Assembly: GCF_009914755.1 (NCBI RefSeq)
Contig: NC_060926.1
DNA from: the human T2T-CHM13v2.0 reference genome, Homo sapiens
Length of the DNA: 64,000 nt
Strand: one strand, 5' to 3'
The position numbers and the translations under genes were made by a program. Each line of letters starts with the position of its first letter. Position 1 is the stretch's first letter. Below, piece by piece: positions 38,245 to 52,600 of the stretch. The notes beneath the pieces are model-generated. The model saw only the letters and a program-made list of their open reading frames with translations. It was not told where the DNA came from and searched no databases.

Positions 38245-38475
38245 CCCAAATGGATAAACAAAGTATGGCATATGCACACAATGGAATATTACTCAGCCTT
38301 AAAAAGGAAAGACTTTCTGACACATGCTACAGTATGCATGAACCTTGAGGACATTTTGCTAAGTAAGATAAGCCAGTCATGAAAGGACAAATATCATGTG
38401 ATCCCACTTGTATGAGGTCCCCAGAGTAGTCAGATTCACAGAGACGGAAAGTAGAATGTGGGTTGCCAGGGGCAC
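38245..38475 (+). mobile_element. L1MB-type 3' fragment
   Basis: aatggataaacaaa...atggaatattactcagccttaaaaaggaa...gaaccttgaggacatt...gtggttgccagggg. Confidence 0.85.
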
Positions 38476-39080
38476 ATGTTACTTTGTCATGAAGATGCCT
38501 ATTCTATCCTATGCTTCCATTTGACCCTTCCTCAAAATAAAAGACAGTTCAAGCAAACTAATGACTTGATTGCATTTTCTGACTCCATTCTCTGCACTAG
38601 TACTGGCAGCACTAGTCCTCAGACATGAAGGAATCTGACATTAGGGAGGGCTGCCAAGTTTCTGGTGACTCCAAGGACACACCAGCCCCTCCTCCTGGCA
38701 GTCGTCCACACCCTGTGAGATGTGCTCGGAGTGTGTCCCAGCAGCTGTGAGGAGCTGTCAGGTACAAAATGCACCAGGGCATGACTGGGTATACTCAGCC
38801 TCCCCCGACTTTATCACAGGCTCTTCAGATACACCCCAAACTCATGTCAGTACCTACGGGTGACAGTGACGGGAGTAGCACCTGGGACAACACATATCTG
38901 AGTGTGTTCAGCATTGCCCTGTGCCTGCACACCATGGGGCTTGGTAAAGACTTGCAGAGCTGAATTATGCACAAAGACAACCCCTTGGGGACTGGTGTCA
39001 GGAATATTGGCAGCACCAAACAATTCTTAAAAAGTTGGCTCTCTGGCCAAACACATATTTTACATACTAAAAAGTGGAAT

Positions 39081-41389
39081 TATATTAGTCCATTCTCCCA
39101 TTCTCACACTGCTATAAAGACTGGGTAACTTATAAAGAAAGAAGGTTTAATTGACTCACAGTTCCACATGGCTGGCAGGCCTCAGGAAACTTACAGTCAT
39201 AGCAGAAGGCAAAGGGGAGGCAAAACACATCTTACACAGTGGCAAGAGAAAGACAGTGAAGAGGGAAGTGCCAGATACATATCAAACAACCAGATCTCAT
39301 GAGAACTCACTCACTATCATGAGAACATCATGGGGGAAAGCGCCCCATGATCCAATCACCTCCCACCATGTTTCTCCCTTGACACATGGGAATTACAATT
39401 TGAGATGAGATTTGGGTGGGGACACAGAGCCAAACCTTATTCCGCCCCTGGTCCCTCCCAAATCTCATCTTTTTTTTCACATTTCAAAACCAATCATGCC
39501 TTCCCAACAGTCTCCCAAAGTCTTACTGACTCCAGCATTAACCCAAAAGTCCAAAGTCTCATCTGAGACAAGGCAAATCCCTTCTGCCTATAAGCCTGTA
39601 AAATCAAAAGCAAGTTAGTTACTTCCAAGATACAATGGAGATACAGCCATTGAGTTTCCATTCCAAATGGGAAAAATTGGCCAAAACAAAGGGGCCATAG
39701 GCCCCATGCAAAAGTCTGAAACCTGGCCGGGCAGTCATTAAATCTTAAAGCTCCAAAATCTTCCTTGACTCCATGTCTCACATCCAGGGCATGCTGATGC
39801 AAGGGGTGGGCTCCCATGGCTTTGGACAGCTCTGCCTCTGTGGCTCTGCAGGGTACAGCTCCTGTAACTGCTTTCATGGGCTGGTGTTGAGTGCCTGTGG
39901 ATTTTCCAAGTGCATGGTGCAAGCTGTCGGTGGATCTACCATTCTCGGGTCTGGAAAATGGTGGTGCTCGTCTCACAGCTCCACTAGGCAGTGCCCCAGT
40001 GGGGACTCTGTGTGGGGGCTCCAACTGCATTGCCTTGGTAGAGGTTCTCCATGAGGGCTTCACCCCTGCAGTAGACTTCTGCCTGGACATCCAGGCATTT
40101 TCATACATACTCTGAAATCTAGGTGGAGACTCCCAAAGCTCAATTCTTGTCTTCTGCACCCCCGCAGTCCCAACACCAAGTGGAAGTTGCCAAGGCTTGG
40201 GACTTGCACCCTCTGAAGCAATGGCCTGAGCTGTACCTTGGCCCCTTTTAGCTGCAGCTGGAGCTGGAGTGGCTGGGATGCAGGATGCCAAGTCCTGGGG
40301 CTGCACAGGGCCCATGAAACCATTTTTCCCTCCCAGGCCTCCGGGTCTGTGGTGGGAGAGGCTGGTGTGAAGATCACTGACATGCCCTGGAGACATTTCC
40401 TCCACTGTCTTGACTATTAACATTCAACTCCTTGTTACTTATGCAAATTTCTGCAGCCAGTTTGAATTCCTCCCCAGAAAATGGGTTTTTCTTTTCTACC
40501 ATATAGTTAGGTTGCAAATTTTCCAAACCTTTATGCTCTGCTTCCTTTTTAAACATAAGTTCCAATTTCAAACCATCTTTCTGTGAATGCACATGACTGA
40601 ATGCTTTCAGAAAAAGCCAGGTCACATCTTGAATGCTTTGCTATAGAAATTTCTTCTGCCAGATGCCCTAAATCATCTCTCTCAATTTCAAAGTTCCACG
40701 GATCTCTAGAGCAGGGGCAAAATGCCACCAGTCTCTTTGCTAAAGCATAGCAAGAGTGACCTTTGCTTCAGTTCCCAATAAGTCCCTCATCTCCATCTGA
40801 GACCACCTAAGCCTGGACTTCATTGTCCATATCACTATTGGCATTTTGGTCAAAATCATTCAACAAGTCTGTAGGAAGTTCCAAACGTTCCCATGTCTTC
40901 CTGTCTTCTTCTGAGCTTTCCAAACTATTTCAACCTCTGTCTGTTACTCAGTTCCAAAGTTGCTTCCAAATTTTCAGGTTGTCTTTATAGCAGTACCCCA
41001 ATCTACCAGTACCAATTCTCTGTATTAGTCCGTTCTCACACTGCTATAAAGATACTACCTGAGACTGGGTAATTTATAAAGAAAGGAGATTTAATTGATT
41101 CACAGTTCTGAATGGCTGGGAGGCCTCAGGAAACTCACAGTCATCGCAGAAGGCAAAGGGGAAGCAAGGCACGTCTCACATGGTGGCAGGAGAGAGAGAG
41201 AGAGTGAAGTGGGGAGTGCCAGACACTTATCAAACAACCAAATATCCTGAGAACTAACTCAATATCATGAGAACAACATGGGGAAAACTGCTCCCATGAT
41301 CCAACCACCTCCCACCAGGTCTCTCCCTGGACATGTGGGGATTACAGTTTGAGATGAGATTTGGCTGGGGACACAGAGACAAATCATCA
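39081..41389 (-). mobile_element. Full-length MaLR (MSTA/MSTB-like) LTR-internal-LTR element
   Basis: Two ~365-bp direct-repeat LTRs (39081-39441 and 41021-41389, both starting t(a/g)tattagtcc-ttctc and ending gggacacagag-caaa) flank a ~1.6-kb MaLR internal region. Confidence 0.9.
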
Positions 41390-41408
41390 TATACTAAAAA
41401 GTAGAGTT

Positions 41409-41548
41409 GGCCAGGCATGGTGGCTCATGCGTATAATCCCAGCACTTTGGGATGCCGAGGCAGGATGATCACTTGAGGCCAGGAGTTCAAGACTGGTCTG
41501 GACAAGACAGTGAGACCCCCATCACTAAAAAACTTAAAAAAATTAGTT
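41409..41548 (+). mobile_element. Alu left monomer (FLAM/AluJ fragment)
   Basis: Left arm and A-rich linker only. Confidence 0.8.
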
Positions 41549-41563
41549 AAAAACACATACATG

Positions 41564-41853
41564 TTTTTAGGCAGAGTCTCACTCTGTCACCCAGGCTGGA
41601 GTGCAGTGGTACAATCATGGCTTCACTGCAGTCTCGACCTCCAGAGCTCAAGTGATTCTCTCACCTCAGCCTCCTGAGTAGCTGGATCTACAGGCTTGAA
41701 ACACCATGCCTGGGTAATTTTTTTTGTAGTTTTTTGTAGAGATGGGATTTCCCCATGTTGCCGACACTGGTGGTGTACTCCTGAGCTCAAGTGTTCCACC
41801 TGCCTTGCCCTCCCAAAGTGCTAGGATTACAGGTGTGAGCCACCAAGCCTGGC
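41564..41853 (-). mobile_element. Alu (Jo-type)
   Basis: Diverged antisense Alu (tcatggct-cactgcagtctcgacc). Confidence 0.88.
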
Positions 41854-42761
41854 TAACATAGGCTATTTTTAATAAAAGCAATAATACAAGTATTAATTAT
41901 TCCAAAGAGAAAAGCAATGCATTAATATTCACATGCACAATATCTGATAATTTTGCTTTTCAGTCAGTGGGAAGATACGGCTTGGGCATCTTATGCTGAC
42001 AAACAGCTGTGTTTGACCTGAGCCTCCAGTTGGCTCTGAATAATATTGCCTACTGCGTCCCACAACTCTATGGGGACATCCACTTCCTGCTGCCATCAGG
42101 TCTTAGCTAACAGCCTCCAAACCAGTGCATGACTTGCAATTAATTGCATCATAAAATCTTTTTTTTTCCTAAAAATGTGATGAGATTTCTCCCTCTTGCT
42201 CATAAAACATAATCATCTGAGGTTGGAGGATTGGTTTGGGGCTGCAGGAACTAATCATCCAACCAGAGAGGCCACTGAACCCCAGTCCTGTGTGCCATAT
42301 GGAACATGCATGTCCTTATTTCTTCTCAAACTCCAAAGAGAAAGAGTGACTCAGTTAAGATGATGAGGTATGTAGCCAATGATTTATCATGGGTTAGGTC
42401 TTCATGGTGCCTTAGAAGCAGATGTGACTGGAAAATAACCTCCGAGTAATATGTCCCTTCCAAATCAAAGATTCTATGAGCTCATGGAGGCCAATGCCCT
42501 CATTTCCTGAGGTTTTTGAAATAACAAATGTATATGGGAGTAGGGGGAACTGTGGAGATTGGGTGCAGCAAACTGGACAAATCAATTGTCAGATGGTTTA
42601 TTCACTGAGTGCGGCCTGGGCATGGTGCCATGGGGAGGGGCACTTATGACCCCAGGAGGGGCCTGCTGGCTGAAGAGTGAATGCAGCACACATAGGGACA
42701 TGTTCAGCCCTACAAGGCAGAACAGATGACAGCCATCTAAGATGTCATGTCTTTTTTCTCT

Positions 42762-42995
42762 TTCCTTCCCTCCCTACCTCCCTCCCTCCCTCCCTTCCTT
42801 CCTCCCTCCCTCCTCCCTCCCTCCCTCCATTCCTTTTCTTTTTCTTTCTTTCTTTTTTTTCTTTTTTTGACAGGCGGGTCTCAGTCAAGCATAGCTCACT
42901 GCAGCATCAAATTTTTGGGCTCGAATGATCCTCCCGCCTCAGCCTCAAGAGTAGCTGGGAGTACAGGTGCATGCCACTGCCTCTGGCTAATTTAG
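42762..42995 (-). mobile_element. (CCTT/CCCT)n polypyrimidine tract plus an AluJ/FRAM right-arm fragment
   Basis: Pyrimidine microsatellite followed by gctcactgcagc...gatcctcccgcctcagcc. Confidence 0.8.
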
Positions 42996-44984
42996 ATGTG
43001 ATGTCTTTATGTAGAGCATGTTGTATTTCTGTTTATAAGGGCCGATGGTGTTTAACAGCACATGAGCCAGACAAGGCCAGATCAACCAGGGAAGCACAAG
43101 AGATTGTTTATTCGTTCATATTCTGACATGATGTAGCTGAAAGCTGGACAGTGTGTGACTTCATCCTGAACACCACAAAGCTCCAAGTCTGCATTCTGGA
43201 CGTGACACACAGCCATATGCTGTCCCCTCTGCTCTGTTGGAGCTGCCCTCAGCCTTCTCCACATCCCTGCCCTTGCTCCCTTCATGAGTCCAGTTCTCCG
43301 GGAATCAGACCTTGGGCTGGAGATGTAAGTGCAAGATATTTATCAGAAGGCTTTGGAATCAACACTGTTGGCAGAAGGGGCAATACATTCTCAGCACAGG
43401 GATGGCCCTACAGAGCTGTCCTGAACTGGAGCAAGGGACCCAGGCCTTCACACATCCACATTAACCAGGCCCCCAGGAAGGGGTGTGACCTTGCATGAGG
43501 CAGGCTTCTTCACCCAAGGGCAGCTGCCAGTTGGGGGACTCAGCTGCAGCCTTTGTCTGCCATCCATTGTCCAGCATCTGGGAGCACTGATGCTTCTATA
43601 TTGAAGGGGCCACTTGTGAGGCATGCCTCTCATAATCCAGTTATTTCTTGCACTTGCTCACCAGGCTGATAACTACCTGCCCTGGGAGTTTCTCAGCATC
43701 CTGAGAGGATTCTATGTAGCTTGAAGCCTTTTTTCAGAAACCCATCTTTCCCCTTCTCCTGGTTATATGAGCTCAGTTTCCCCTATAGCAGCTGTGTCTT
43801 GAAGGGTCTCAATATCGGTCTTCTGCATTTGACCAGGCCAATGCCATGTAATTCCAATGACCACACTACTGTACAGGTATTGAAGAAACTCTGAACTTAG
43901 CAAATGGTCACAAAGAACTGAACCATCAGTTATTTCTGTTAGCTGGGCAGCATTGTGTCCAAGGTCATACAGGAATTCGACCAGAAAGGCCAGGATGTCT
44001 TATGTGATTATTGTACTAGCACGTAGTGAACTCCAGAAAAACTGAAATGAATTTAATATAAAGCACAGCTTGATGGGAGGGGCTTATTCTTGTCAAAATT
44101 TAGATGTGTGTTTAAATTTATTGTTCCAAATCCTATACACAATCCTGTATAGATATTGGCACAGGGATAAAGGTGATATGGTTTACAGGGAAGGGCACTG
44201 GATCAGGATGGGGCCTTGGGTAAGACACTTCACTAAAGCCTGCAATTTCTTTAACTGTAAAATGAGGGTCTTATACTAGATCATTCTAAAGGTTCTTCCA
44301 TTTCTGCGAGTCCACGAGGTTCTCTTAGATCTATGATATGCAGTGAAAGCTCTTGGCAACACTATATCAGAACCAATGCCTGTGTTATGGACTATCTTCT
44401 CAAATCACAGTTATATTCCAATTAATTCGGCAGACATTATGATCTTCCCAAGGTCTCTTGAGGTATTGAATGGTGTACAATGATGAGTAAGACATAGACT
44501 TTCCCTTGACACTCTTACAGTCTAATAAGAGGGCTTAGATCCAAGACAAAAGACCATGCAGGCAGGACCAAGAATATTTTCACAAAGAAGCAAAAGCATG
44601 TTTTATTTTTCTCTTGTTACTGCTTTGTTTTTTCATTTGTTTGTTTGACGGAAGGTCAAAAGGGAGAAATCACATTGCTAGTTAGGCACATTGAAGAAGG
44701 TTAAAATGGTGGCATTTGATATCATCTCAAGGACCTGAAAGAGGGGAGAGAATTTCAGGTATGAGCACCATGTGTGGAAGGGCCAAGGTGGGGAGGTACA
44801 GGTGCTGGGGCAGCTTGTTGATTGATTTGGTTTAAATAATGGGTTCATGTGAAGGGGACTGGGAGATTGGGTAGAAGGTAGTTTGGTGACTAATTGCAAA
44901 ATACTTTAAATATCAGGATTTTGTTTCCTTTAAGTACACAAGATAGGAGAGGAGGGTTTCTGAATAATGAGGACATGATGAAAT

Positions 44985-46180
44985 TTTTAAAATACTCTAT
45001 TATGCAGATTAGGAAGGTTCAATTGATCTGACTTTAATTCACTGCTTCTCTCTTCTACAGCCTCCAATACATTGTAAAGCCCTTCTGGTGAATTTTTCAT
45101 TTCAGATATACTTTTCACTTCTAGGATTTCCTTTTTAAAAAATACTTTCACTTGCTCTGCTGAGATTCTCCATCTGTTCACTCATTAAATCCAACTTTTT
45201 CTTTAAATCCTTGAACATATTAATATGAGTTATTCTAAAGTCTTAGTTAATTCCAACATCCGGATTATCCTGGGGTCTGTTTCTATTGAATTCATTATTT
45301 TTGGATTATGGGTCACATTTTCCTATTTCTTCGTATGTGTGGTAATGTTTTATCATATGCCAGACATCGTAATGATATGTGAAATCTACTTTAAATAGCA
45401 CTGAGTTTTACTCTGGGCAAGTGTCAAATTACTGGAAGATCCTCCCAAACCTGTCAGTCTTGACTTTTTTCTTTATTAGGGTTGGTCTATTTATGTTTCT
45501 GCTTTTAGTTCCAAGGCATTATCCTGATTCCTGAAGTATAGACTTTCTGAGGTCTTTTTAAAAAACGTTTAATTTTTGTGTGTATGTAGTAGGTGTACAT
45601 ATTTATGTGGTACATGAGATATTTTGATATAGGCATGCAATGCGTAATAACCACATCATGAAAAGTGGGGTATCCATCCCCTCAAGCATTTATCCTTTGT
45701 GTTACAAATAATCCATCTGTGCTCTTGGAGTCTCTATTGAAAGCTCAAAGTGGTGGCTGAGCTTTCTGCATTCTGGCTAAGCCGATGCTTCAGAATTGCT
45801 TATCCCTGTGAGGCATCTGAGCTCTGCTGTCCACAACAGGTGTTCTCTGTTGTCTGCTAGCTTGTGCCGAGTCTTGGCCAAGACCCACCGGTAAACTTCA
45901 TGCTGATTTCTGGGACTTTCTTCTGTGCAGTACTCTCTTCTCTGGTATCCTGTTCCACAAATTGTAGATACTTTATCTCTAAACTCTGCCTCTTCATCTC
46001 ATTAAGACATCCTCTCTGCTTGGCCTCACTACAGTCTACAAATTCCCTCTGGCTAGGAAGCCAGGGTGAATGGGTATATTTTACTTTTCTTAAGGCTCAC
46101 GGTCCTGTGCTGTTTGTTGTCCAATACCTGATGACAGTTGCAGTTACCTCCCATACTTGTCCAGTTCTATAGTTGTTTTT
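44985..46180 (-). mobile_element. Old L1M fragment (ORF1-region-like) with a nested L1 3' end at about 45560-45715
   Basis: tctggtgaatttttcatttcagatatacttttc...; nested gtaggtgtacatatttatgtggtacatgagatattttgata...tccatcccctcaagcatttatcctttgtgttacaaa. Confidence 0.65.
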
Positions 46181-47249
46181 GGTAGACCAGGACACAACCA
46201 GATGATTTTCTAGGAAGACTAATTTGGTGCTGTCATTGTCGGATGGATGTGACTGATGAGACACTGGAGGTAGCTATGTGAACAAGGACCTAAGGTAGGC
46301 TGGTGGCGATGGAAACAATAAAGAAGCACCAGAAAACTGGCAGGTGGAGAGGCCAGTTAGGCAGAAGAAAATGGTTCTGAGGCTTTGAGCCTTTCCTCTG
46401 CTCTTTAACACCATTTGTGTGCCCAAGGGTCAAGTGAAGTTGAACCAGACAGGTCAGAGGGATCAAGAATATGGATATCCTTTGAAATAATGTTTTTCTA
46501 CATATTATAAGTGAGACACTAAAGATTACCAAGATCCTAAAACTTCTTTGGTTGCTCCTGAAAGGCATGATAAGTCTTCTAGGGTCAGACAAAGAGAATT
46601 AAAGGAGCCCCTCTCTCTGTATAAGCCTATCCCCTCTATGATTTCTTGCTATGGTCTCTCAGATAACCCAGTGAGGAAAAGTAACGCACCTTATCCACCA
46701 ATTCCCTCACCACCTTCTTATAAAATCCTGCAGTTATGGCAACCTAGATAGCATAGATGGCATTTCCATGTTATGTCCTAGATCATTTTCTCTTTAGAAC
46801 TGGAGATCCTGTTCCGGAGACCAGCAGCAGATTGTGGTGTGTGGGCAGATAGCTATACATCAAGACCTATACCCCAAGATATATGGGCTGCCATTTTCCC
46901 ATCTTAATGTATATGCTTATTATTTGAATAGCTCATTACTTAAAGGAATTTCACAGACATTCTGCAGCCTACCTGCCCTCTCTCGCCCTGCAAACTTTGG
47001 ATAGGTGTGGTGGTCTCTATCCCATTATGTGGCCACCAGTCCTGAAACTATCCTTGGAAAAGGCTCCCCACCCACTCTCCTTGGCAAAATTGTGAGCCAC
47101 ATGCTTTGCTCTTTTCATCTTAGTCAACGCTCATCCCACCCAGCCCTGTGCCTGGTATGTATGGTCCCTGAATTCTGTGTCTCTGTCTGCTTTCCTCTGT
47201 CACATTCCCTCAGTGACCTTTATTCAAGCAGCTGTCACTGGGAAGATAA

Positions 47250-47557
<308 letters not shown>

Positions 47558-47649
47558 GGAAGATAATCTTACACAGGAACTCCCACCAGGCTATGAGTGA
47601 CTGGCACATCTCCCTGAGGGAAGCGCTCACAACTAATTTTAATAATAGC

Positions 47650-47890
47650 ATTAAAGGGTAGTGATTATAAGAACAGGACTCTAATGTCTGATTTCCTGGG
47701 TTCAAATTTGGGCTTAATTTACTAGCTATGCAACTTTGGGCAAGTAATCTAAATGTCTGTGCCTTGGTTGTCTCATCAGTAAAATTATGATATTAATAGA
47801 ACCTAGGTCAGAATGTGAGGATTAATGAGATAAATTAAATGAGATGATGTGTATAAAGTATTTACAACAGTAAGTGCTAATGAATGCAAG
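47650..47890 (+). mobile_element. MIR remnant
   Basis: ctgggttcaaat...tactagctatgcaactttgggcaagtaa...gaggattaatgaga. Confidence 0.75.
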
Positions 47891-48038
47891 GTAATATAAT
47901 TATTTTCCAATTATGGAAGAATTGTAAAATAAAAGAAAAATATAAAGAAATAAAATCATAACCCATTAATTTTGGGTTTTGGCATTTTCTTTCAGTCCCT
48001 TATTTGTAGAGACATATATATCTTCTAAAATGAAATTA

Positions 48039-48316
48039 GGCCAGGTGCAGTGGCTCACACCTGTAATCCTAGCACTCTGGGAGGCCGTGGTGGGCAGATC
48101 ACCTGAGGTCAGGGGTTTGAGACCTGCCTGGCCAACATGGTGTGGTGGCACTTGCCTGTAATCCCAGCTACCTGGGAGACTGAAGCAGGACAATCTTGAG
48201 CCCAGGAGGCGGAGGTTGCAGTGAGCCGAGATCACACCACTGCACTATAGCCTGGGCGACAGAGTGAGACTCTGTCTCAAAAAATAAATAAATACAATAA
48301 CATAAAATAAAATTAG
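48039..48316 (+). mobile_element. Alu (S-type) with an internal deletion of the A-rich linker
   Basis: gccaacatgg joins directly to tgtggtggcacttgcctg. Confidence 0.9.
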
Positions 48317-48317
48317 A

Positions 48318-48649
<332 letters not shown>

Positions 48650-49272
48650 CTACTTGTGGTTTGACTGTTTCATTCCCTATTGTCTTAATTATTCTTAACA
48701 ACAGCCTTTTTAATGGATTGAAAGTATCCCATCAAATGAACAAGCCATAATTAAATCAACCAATCCCCTAATATTTGTCCTTCAGGCTGGTTCCCAATTT
48801 TCACTGTCATAAATACAGTTGCAATGAACATCTTTGTGCCTGGCTGGAGATACCCTTTTTATACATTCTGAAGAGTAGAAGTTAAAGGGCATGAGAGTGT
48901 TATGATGCCTGTAGAGGTGTCCTCTAAAACTTGGAGATGACTTTGGTTTGGTTTCAGGTAGGAACTCCATTTGGTTTAGAATACTGGCATTCCTGATGCC
49001 ACTCAAATCCCTCCATGTCCTCCACTAGCACTGCACCAAGAGTCTCTCACGTCAGCAGGTTCTGATGTTTATCAGTCCATTCTGGGTAGCCAAGAAACTA
49101 CACATGGCATTGAAATCTGGCAAGGCACAAGGCTCCCTTGGGTGCTTTTCTGGTTAGATGGTTGACTGACAGTGAAATTTCCCTCATAGATGCTTGATTA
49201 TGGGCAGTTCCTTCCATCTGCTCAGCCACCTTCTTATGCCACCAGAATTTGCTGAAAATATTTGGGTTATGA

Positions 49273-49662
<390 letters not shown>

Positions 49663-52600
49663 AAGGCAAAGGCTGTGTAACTGTGGGACTTGCAGTTCTA
49701 CACTTTCCCCAGGCCTCAATTCCTTGAAATCTAAGTGAGGTAACTGGCCTGGGTGCCACTGACAACCAGTTCCAGCCCTCACACTGCATCTCCACCAAAT
49801 TTCTGGTGGGCTCCCAGGTGGCTGTTCACCTTCGCTTCGTGAGACAGATGAAAGCCTGGAAACAGCAACGCCTCTTGTTTATGGGCAGAGATGACCCTGT
49901 TTGAACTCTCATGTGGAAGCCAAAGGTCTTAGTCACTGGTTTAGGAAGTCGGGGGCAGGTAATGACATCTGTTTGGGCATATCTAATCACTGTTTTGGTT
50001 TCTAATGACAGTCCTTCAAATAGAGGGCTATAAATCAAGTGGCCCCGGGCTCATGGAGGCCCCCCAGGGGGCTGGATGGTTCTATCAGGTTCTGCCTGCC
50101 ATCTGATTTCTTCACCCTCCTCCACTGCAGAGATCCTCAGGCTCCATGCTTCTGATCCACAGCCACACACCTGGATAAACGTGGGTTAAGAGTAGGTGCC
50201 TCCAACTGCATTTACAACATAATTGATGCGGCCTTACAAACTATTTGATGTCCAAACCCCATCCTTCACCGGGCCTACCAGGCGAGGCTAGTGGAGGTGA
50301 GAAGCCTCACAATCCATGTTTTTTAATGCATCCGAGTTATTCCAAAGCAAAGGGTATTTCTTTCCCCTTTTGCTCCTCTAATTGATGCAGCTGTTGCCTA
50401 GCCTCATCTGCATTAAGCTAAATATTATGTTTTTGTAACGTTTTTGATCTTTATTAATTATAGCGCAGGAAAGCTGACAAAAGCAACCTGTCTCTTTAAT
50501 ATAAACAAGATTAATTGCACAGTTCCTGCAGAAAATGAACTACCAGCAGTTTAACAAAAAATGTTTGTCTTTAAGCAGCCCTTTGGATTAAAAAAAAATC
50601 AAAACTGTTACAGGAAGTGCCAAAGCTGCCAAATTACCATGCCCGTGAGCCTCACCCTCATTATCAGACTAAACGAACGCACACACCCCTGCACTTTCAT
50701 CCTCCTCCAGGCCCAGGAGAAAGAAAGGCGGGAGAGAAAAAAAGGGCCTTTATACAAAGAAGTGTCTCTGAAGTCTGGAATGCACCCTGGCTGTTTGAAG
50801 ACAAGATTTATACCTGACACCTTTCCTTAAGCTCACTGTTGAGACTCGCCTGTTTTCAAATCAACCGCAGACTGGCTGCTTGAGGTACTTCAGCTCGTAA
50901 CGACCACATAATCTAAGATAAATACACAGGGAATTGCTATCACTTTCATTAATAACCATGAAATAGTTATTCCTTCAGCAGGAAAAAAAAAACAAAAAAC
51001 AAAAAACAAAAAAAACCCCAGGGCAGTGCCTTCCAGGAGCTGAGGCAGAAGGCTCACAAGGGTGCGTTTGTTCAGGCAGGGGGCAGAACAGGGGGGCATG
51101 GCAAGACCCTGGACCCAGGACGCACAGTAGAGAGGGCAGAAGGACGGTGGGAGGGCACCCCATGGCCGCCCTATTGCTCGGGACAGCTAGCTCCCTTAGC
51201 AATGGCAGAGCCAGGAGTCAGTCTCTGTAGTTAAGAAGCCCAAGTCCAGCTCTCAGGCCTTTGCAGGTGACTTCTGTTGGAACACCCCTAGATATCTGGC
51301 CCAGGAGACCTAAAGCTCAAGCGCAAGGCTTCTGATTTTGTTGAATGTTGTGACTGGATGTGAATGAATTCTGTTGAATGTTACAGCCACTTGGAAGTGT
51401 CAGCCAGAGATAGTGGGCTCTCCAGGCTCATGGCTGGCTGGGAAAAGGCACCAAGTTTGGGGCAGGTGACAACACAGTTCATGAGAGAACCTGGGAGCCA
51501 CATCCACATCATGGAATGCCACTTCCCTGCAAGTCCTCAAGAAGTGGCCTCCATGGCTAGTGGCTGAGGCCATTGGAATTGGCACCCATGAAGAACGGGA
51601 CACTGTGCTCCCAAAATCATGCTTAGAAAGTGGGTTAGAGCCAGAAAAACGTGTATCAACACCAGTTCTCTGTGGCTTCCCGTGAATTCCTGACTCTGGA
51701 ACAGCTAGAATCGTGACTAATGGAGTGTATATGGGGCATGCTGGTGGCAGGTGGCCCGAGGAAAGCCAAGGCTTCAGTAAAGCTGATGGGGCCATTGCAA
51801 GGCCAAGTTTGTGCAGAGGGGCTGATGATGGCCTATGAAGCCCTGTGGTCTGCGATCTGGGAACTCTTACAGCCTGGTGGATGGAGAGATGACCTGGTGT
51901 TGGAGATTTGTTTTCCCAAAGAGCAAGACATGCAGCAGAGAAATCAGAGCTCCCCAGTGTCTGTAATGCAGGGGACGCTGGGCTGTGACTTGGGGTTCTC
52001 CCTGATCCAACCCAGTTCAGGTCCTCCTGGGTCTTTCATGAGCAGAATATTGCATCTTTCAATGCTTTGTTTCTCTGTGATGCTTAAAACCTGTGCCAAG
52101 ATGACTCAGGTTGTCAGGTTTCCAAGGGACCTGGTTCTCACAGCAGTCATGGGGCTGAGGGGAGCTGGGGCCTCACACACCCTTGGGGCTCCAGCCAGGC
52201 CAGTGCCGGCTGTGGCATGCGCCCTGGGACTCAGCTCTGGATGCCCGGTGAATGGCTGCTGGGGCCGTGGGCAGTGGAGATTTCGCCTTTCCCCAGCGTA
52301 TGAGAGCCAAATGTCTACAGGGGATTCAGGAGCTTGATGAGGAGTGCTGGCTGAAAATGAGAAAGATATGTCTTCTGAGACACCAGCTTTTCCACAGGTC
52401 TCTCAAGAAACTCAAGCCTTCTCTAAAAATACTCGCACATACATACAAGCACACACATATCCAAGTGAAACCAACACTTGCCCTACACAACATTCTCCAT
52501 CCTAGACCATGTTACACAGTGCTATACCACATGGTCCCTTTCCATTTAAAACATGCTAGTCTGCAGCCACTCAGTCAATGTCATGATGCACTAACGTGGC

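Noticed and set aside
39494-40423. 309-aa ORF, the longest in the track
   Set aside because: It lies entirely in the MaLR internal region, whose consensus carries a degenerate ORF. It starts at a non-ATG codon overlapping no gene structure. It is a TE remnant with no evidence of domestication.
46340-47240. Possible ERV/LTR-derived segment (also 18630-19260 and 51380-52180)
   Set aside because: Looks repeat-like, but I could not assign a family or boundaries without RepeatMasker.
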